NCBI GenBank assembly: GCA_049324655.1
Contig: JBMONJ010000173.1
Coordinates: 1 to 38,852 of the forward strand
Source: Candidatus Omnitrophota bacterium
GTDB taxonomy: Bacteria > Omnitrophota > Gorgyraeia > JAUYCX01 > JBMONJ01
Length of the DNA: 38,852 bases
Direction of reading: 5' to 3'
Part shown: positions 37,586 through 38,852 of the stretch, piece by piece
Layout of the letters: each line of letters opens with the position of its first letter
How positions within the stretch are numbered: position 1 is the stretch's first letter
Notes under the pieces: model-generated
Told to the model about the DNA's origin: nothing
Seen by the model: only the letters and a program-made list of their open reading frames with translations
Database searches by the model: none
Translations under genes and position numbers: made by a program

Positions 37586-38796
37586 TGACTACGCATGTTT
37601 TTATAGTAGATTCGACTACATTCAAGGTACACTTAGAAAATCTTTTTGCTGGCACTGGTGCCAAAGATATGGTTGTTGATTTTAACGATAGTGCTAATTC
37701 CAAACTGGGCCCTACGACAGAACAGATGTTGGTGGATATGATTGCCGATGTAAGTCGAATAAGAGAAGGCGAGCAATTAATCTTTTATTTGCAGCAGAAT
37801 TTCCAAGATGGAATAAGAGAAGGTAAATTTTATGGGGTATTTAAGATAAAGAAAGCCGGAGAACTGCTTGCCTTTTATGACCCCAATGACAGTAAGCAAT
37901 ATCTTATGGACGAATTAGATAAGTCCCTTACCTTTAGAGTTTTAATTGAACCATATCAAGTATATCCTATTGGCGTCACCGAATGGGAAGCGCTCGACGA
38001 TATCAAGAATATAATTTCGCCGCACCAGATGCTTTGGAGCTTGATTTATCGAAAGCTAAAGGGCAATAGGGGATGTACCGCGATAACAACTTATGAGTCC
38101 CAGCGACTTTGTAATCTTATAAGAGCTAAGAATAATCGAATCGCTTTAGAGGTGAATAATAGACAACTGACTTTTAACAAGAAGTCTGAGCAGATAGAGT
38201 TGCTCAATCGTAAAAGTCCGGAATATGCAGGACGAAGAGTAGATTTAAACATTTTTCCGCGCCTGATAGAGAAGTACAAAGAGAATAAACAATTCGAGCA
38301 CCATCTGGAGGCGTTAATATCCAAGAATCTGGGTTTCGGGACGAATCCGTCTTTGGATAAATATCTATTAGAAAATAAGGAATTGGTTTGGTTAGGGAAT
38401 CAGGTAGCTTGTGGTGTAGGTATGCAAAGAATAGATATTCTATTTTCTCTCAAAGAGGGGGAGCAATATTTTCATTGTCCGGTAGAATTAAAGTCAACAT
38501 TCGCCAGTGAAGATAATATTCGACAGCTAAGAAGATATATGGATTGGATGAACCAATATTTTATCCCTAATTTGCCGGGTGATTTATGTCCTATTTTGAT
38601 TACGAGAAAAATTCCAAGCCAGCAAATCGGGAGGAAGGGGGAGTTCAAATTTGTGTCTAAAGGTAGGTCAGAATATTTTAAGAATCTTATCGCTTGTTTT
38701 GATCAGTTTAACGCAGAATACCGTTGTAGAATAAAGTTTCTAGAATATGCTATTGATAGCCGTGATAATTTAACTTTTGAAGAAACGGATTATTAA
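37585..38796 (+). CDS. Putative restriction-type nuclease: N-terminal PUA-like (EVE/ASCH-like) domain plus C-terminal PD-(D/E)xK domain
   Basis: The C-terminus GMQRIDILFSLKEGEQYFHCPVELKSTFASEDNIRQLRRYMDW fits the D...ExK...QxxxY pattern of NucS/RecB-like nucleases. The N-terminus HVFIVDSTTFKVHL...IREGEQLIFYLQQ...GKFYGVFKIKK resembles PUA-like beta-barrels, but that is inference only. Confidence 0.6.
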   Translation: MTTHVFIVDSTTFKVHLENLFAGTGAKDMVVDFNDSANSKLGPTTEQMLVDMIADVSRIREGEQLIFYLQQNFQDGIREGKFYGVFKIKKAGELLAFYDPNDSKQYLMDELDKSLTFRVLIEPYQVYPIGVTEWEALDDIKNIISPHQMLWSLIYRKLKGNRGCTAITTYESQRLCNLIRAKNNRIALEVNNRQLTFNKKSEQIELLNRKSPEYAGRRVDLNIFPRLIEKYKENKQFEHHLEALISKNLGFGTNPSLDKYLLENKELVWLGNQVACGVGMQRIDILFSLKEGEQYFHCPVELKSTFASEDNIRQLRRYMDWMNQYFIPNLPGDLCPILITRKIPSQQIGRKGEFKFVSKGRSEYFKNLIACFDQFNAEYRCRIKFLEYAIDSRDNLTFEETDY

Positions 38797-38852
38797 CTCG
38801 TAATCCGGGCTCGCTGGGGAACTGGAGCGCTGGGGCGCGCGTGGCTAATCGC

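Noticed and set aside
38797-38852. Possible tRNA or other RNA gene start at the extreme 3' end (ggggcgcgcgtggctaatcgc)
   Set aside because: It lacks the conserved U8, A14 and GG D-loop layout of a tRNA. It looks like another word repeat (cgctgggg twice, plus a ctaatcgc word related to family 3), and it is truncated by the window edge.

Overview
All credible genes in this 38.9 kb window are on the + strand and tightly packed. The window is an outer-membrane and LPS biogenesis super-locus of a diderm bacterium; I cannot assign the lineage from sequence alone. Gene order: dnaB (5' partial), bamA, skp, lpxD, lpxC::fabZ | AT-rich 3-gene cassette ending in a MazF/PemK toxin | aroK, dprA, topA, xerC/D, waaA | lpxK, lpxL::ELM1-like fusion, GT4::GT9 fusion, GT4, GT9 | GT9::GT9 fusion, small membrane protein, deoxyhypusine-synthase-like protein, hldA-type heptose kinase, kdsB, pyrG, kdsA, kdsD, kdsC, lptC/lptA-like, lptB, short tig, clpP, class V aminotransferase | methyltransferase plus a PUA-like/PD-(D/E)xK nuclease. 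Four things are worth a second look. (1) The translationally coupled methyltransferase/nuclease pair at the 3' edge has an atypical domain layout and is my best candidate for a non-standard restriction or defence module. (2) Almost every intergenic spacer holds a long imperfect foldback built from short tandem words; there are at least three recurring families plus several one-off versions. (3) Two near-identical ~224 nt copies of one such element lie in inverted orientation around a 7.4 kb block of lipid A/inner-core genes. (4) The AT-rich 3-gene toxin-antitoxin-like cassette is inserted between lpxC::fabZ and aroK. No rRNA, tRNA, CRISPR array, transposase or phage integrase was recognised. 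Every homology call comes from motif recognition by eye and needs HMM or structure searches to confirm.
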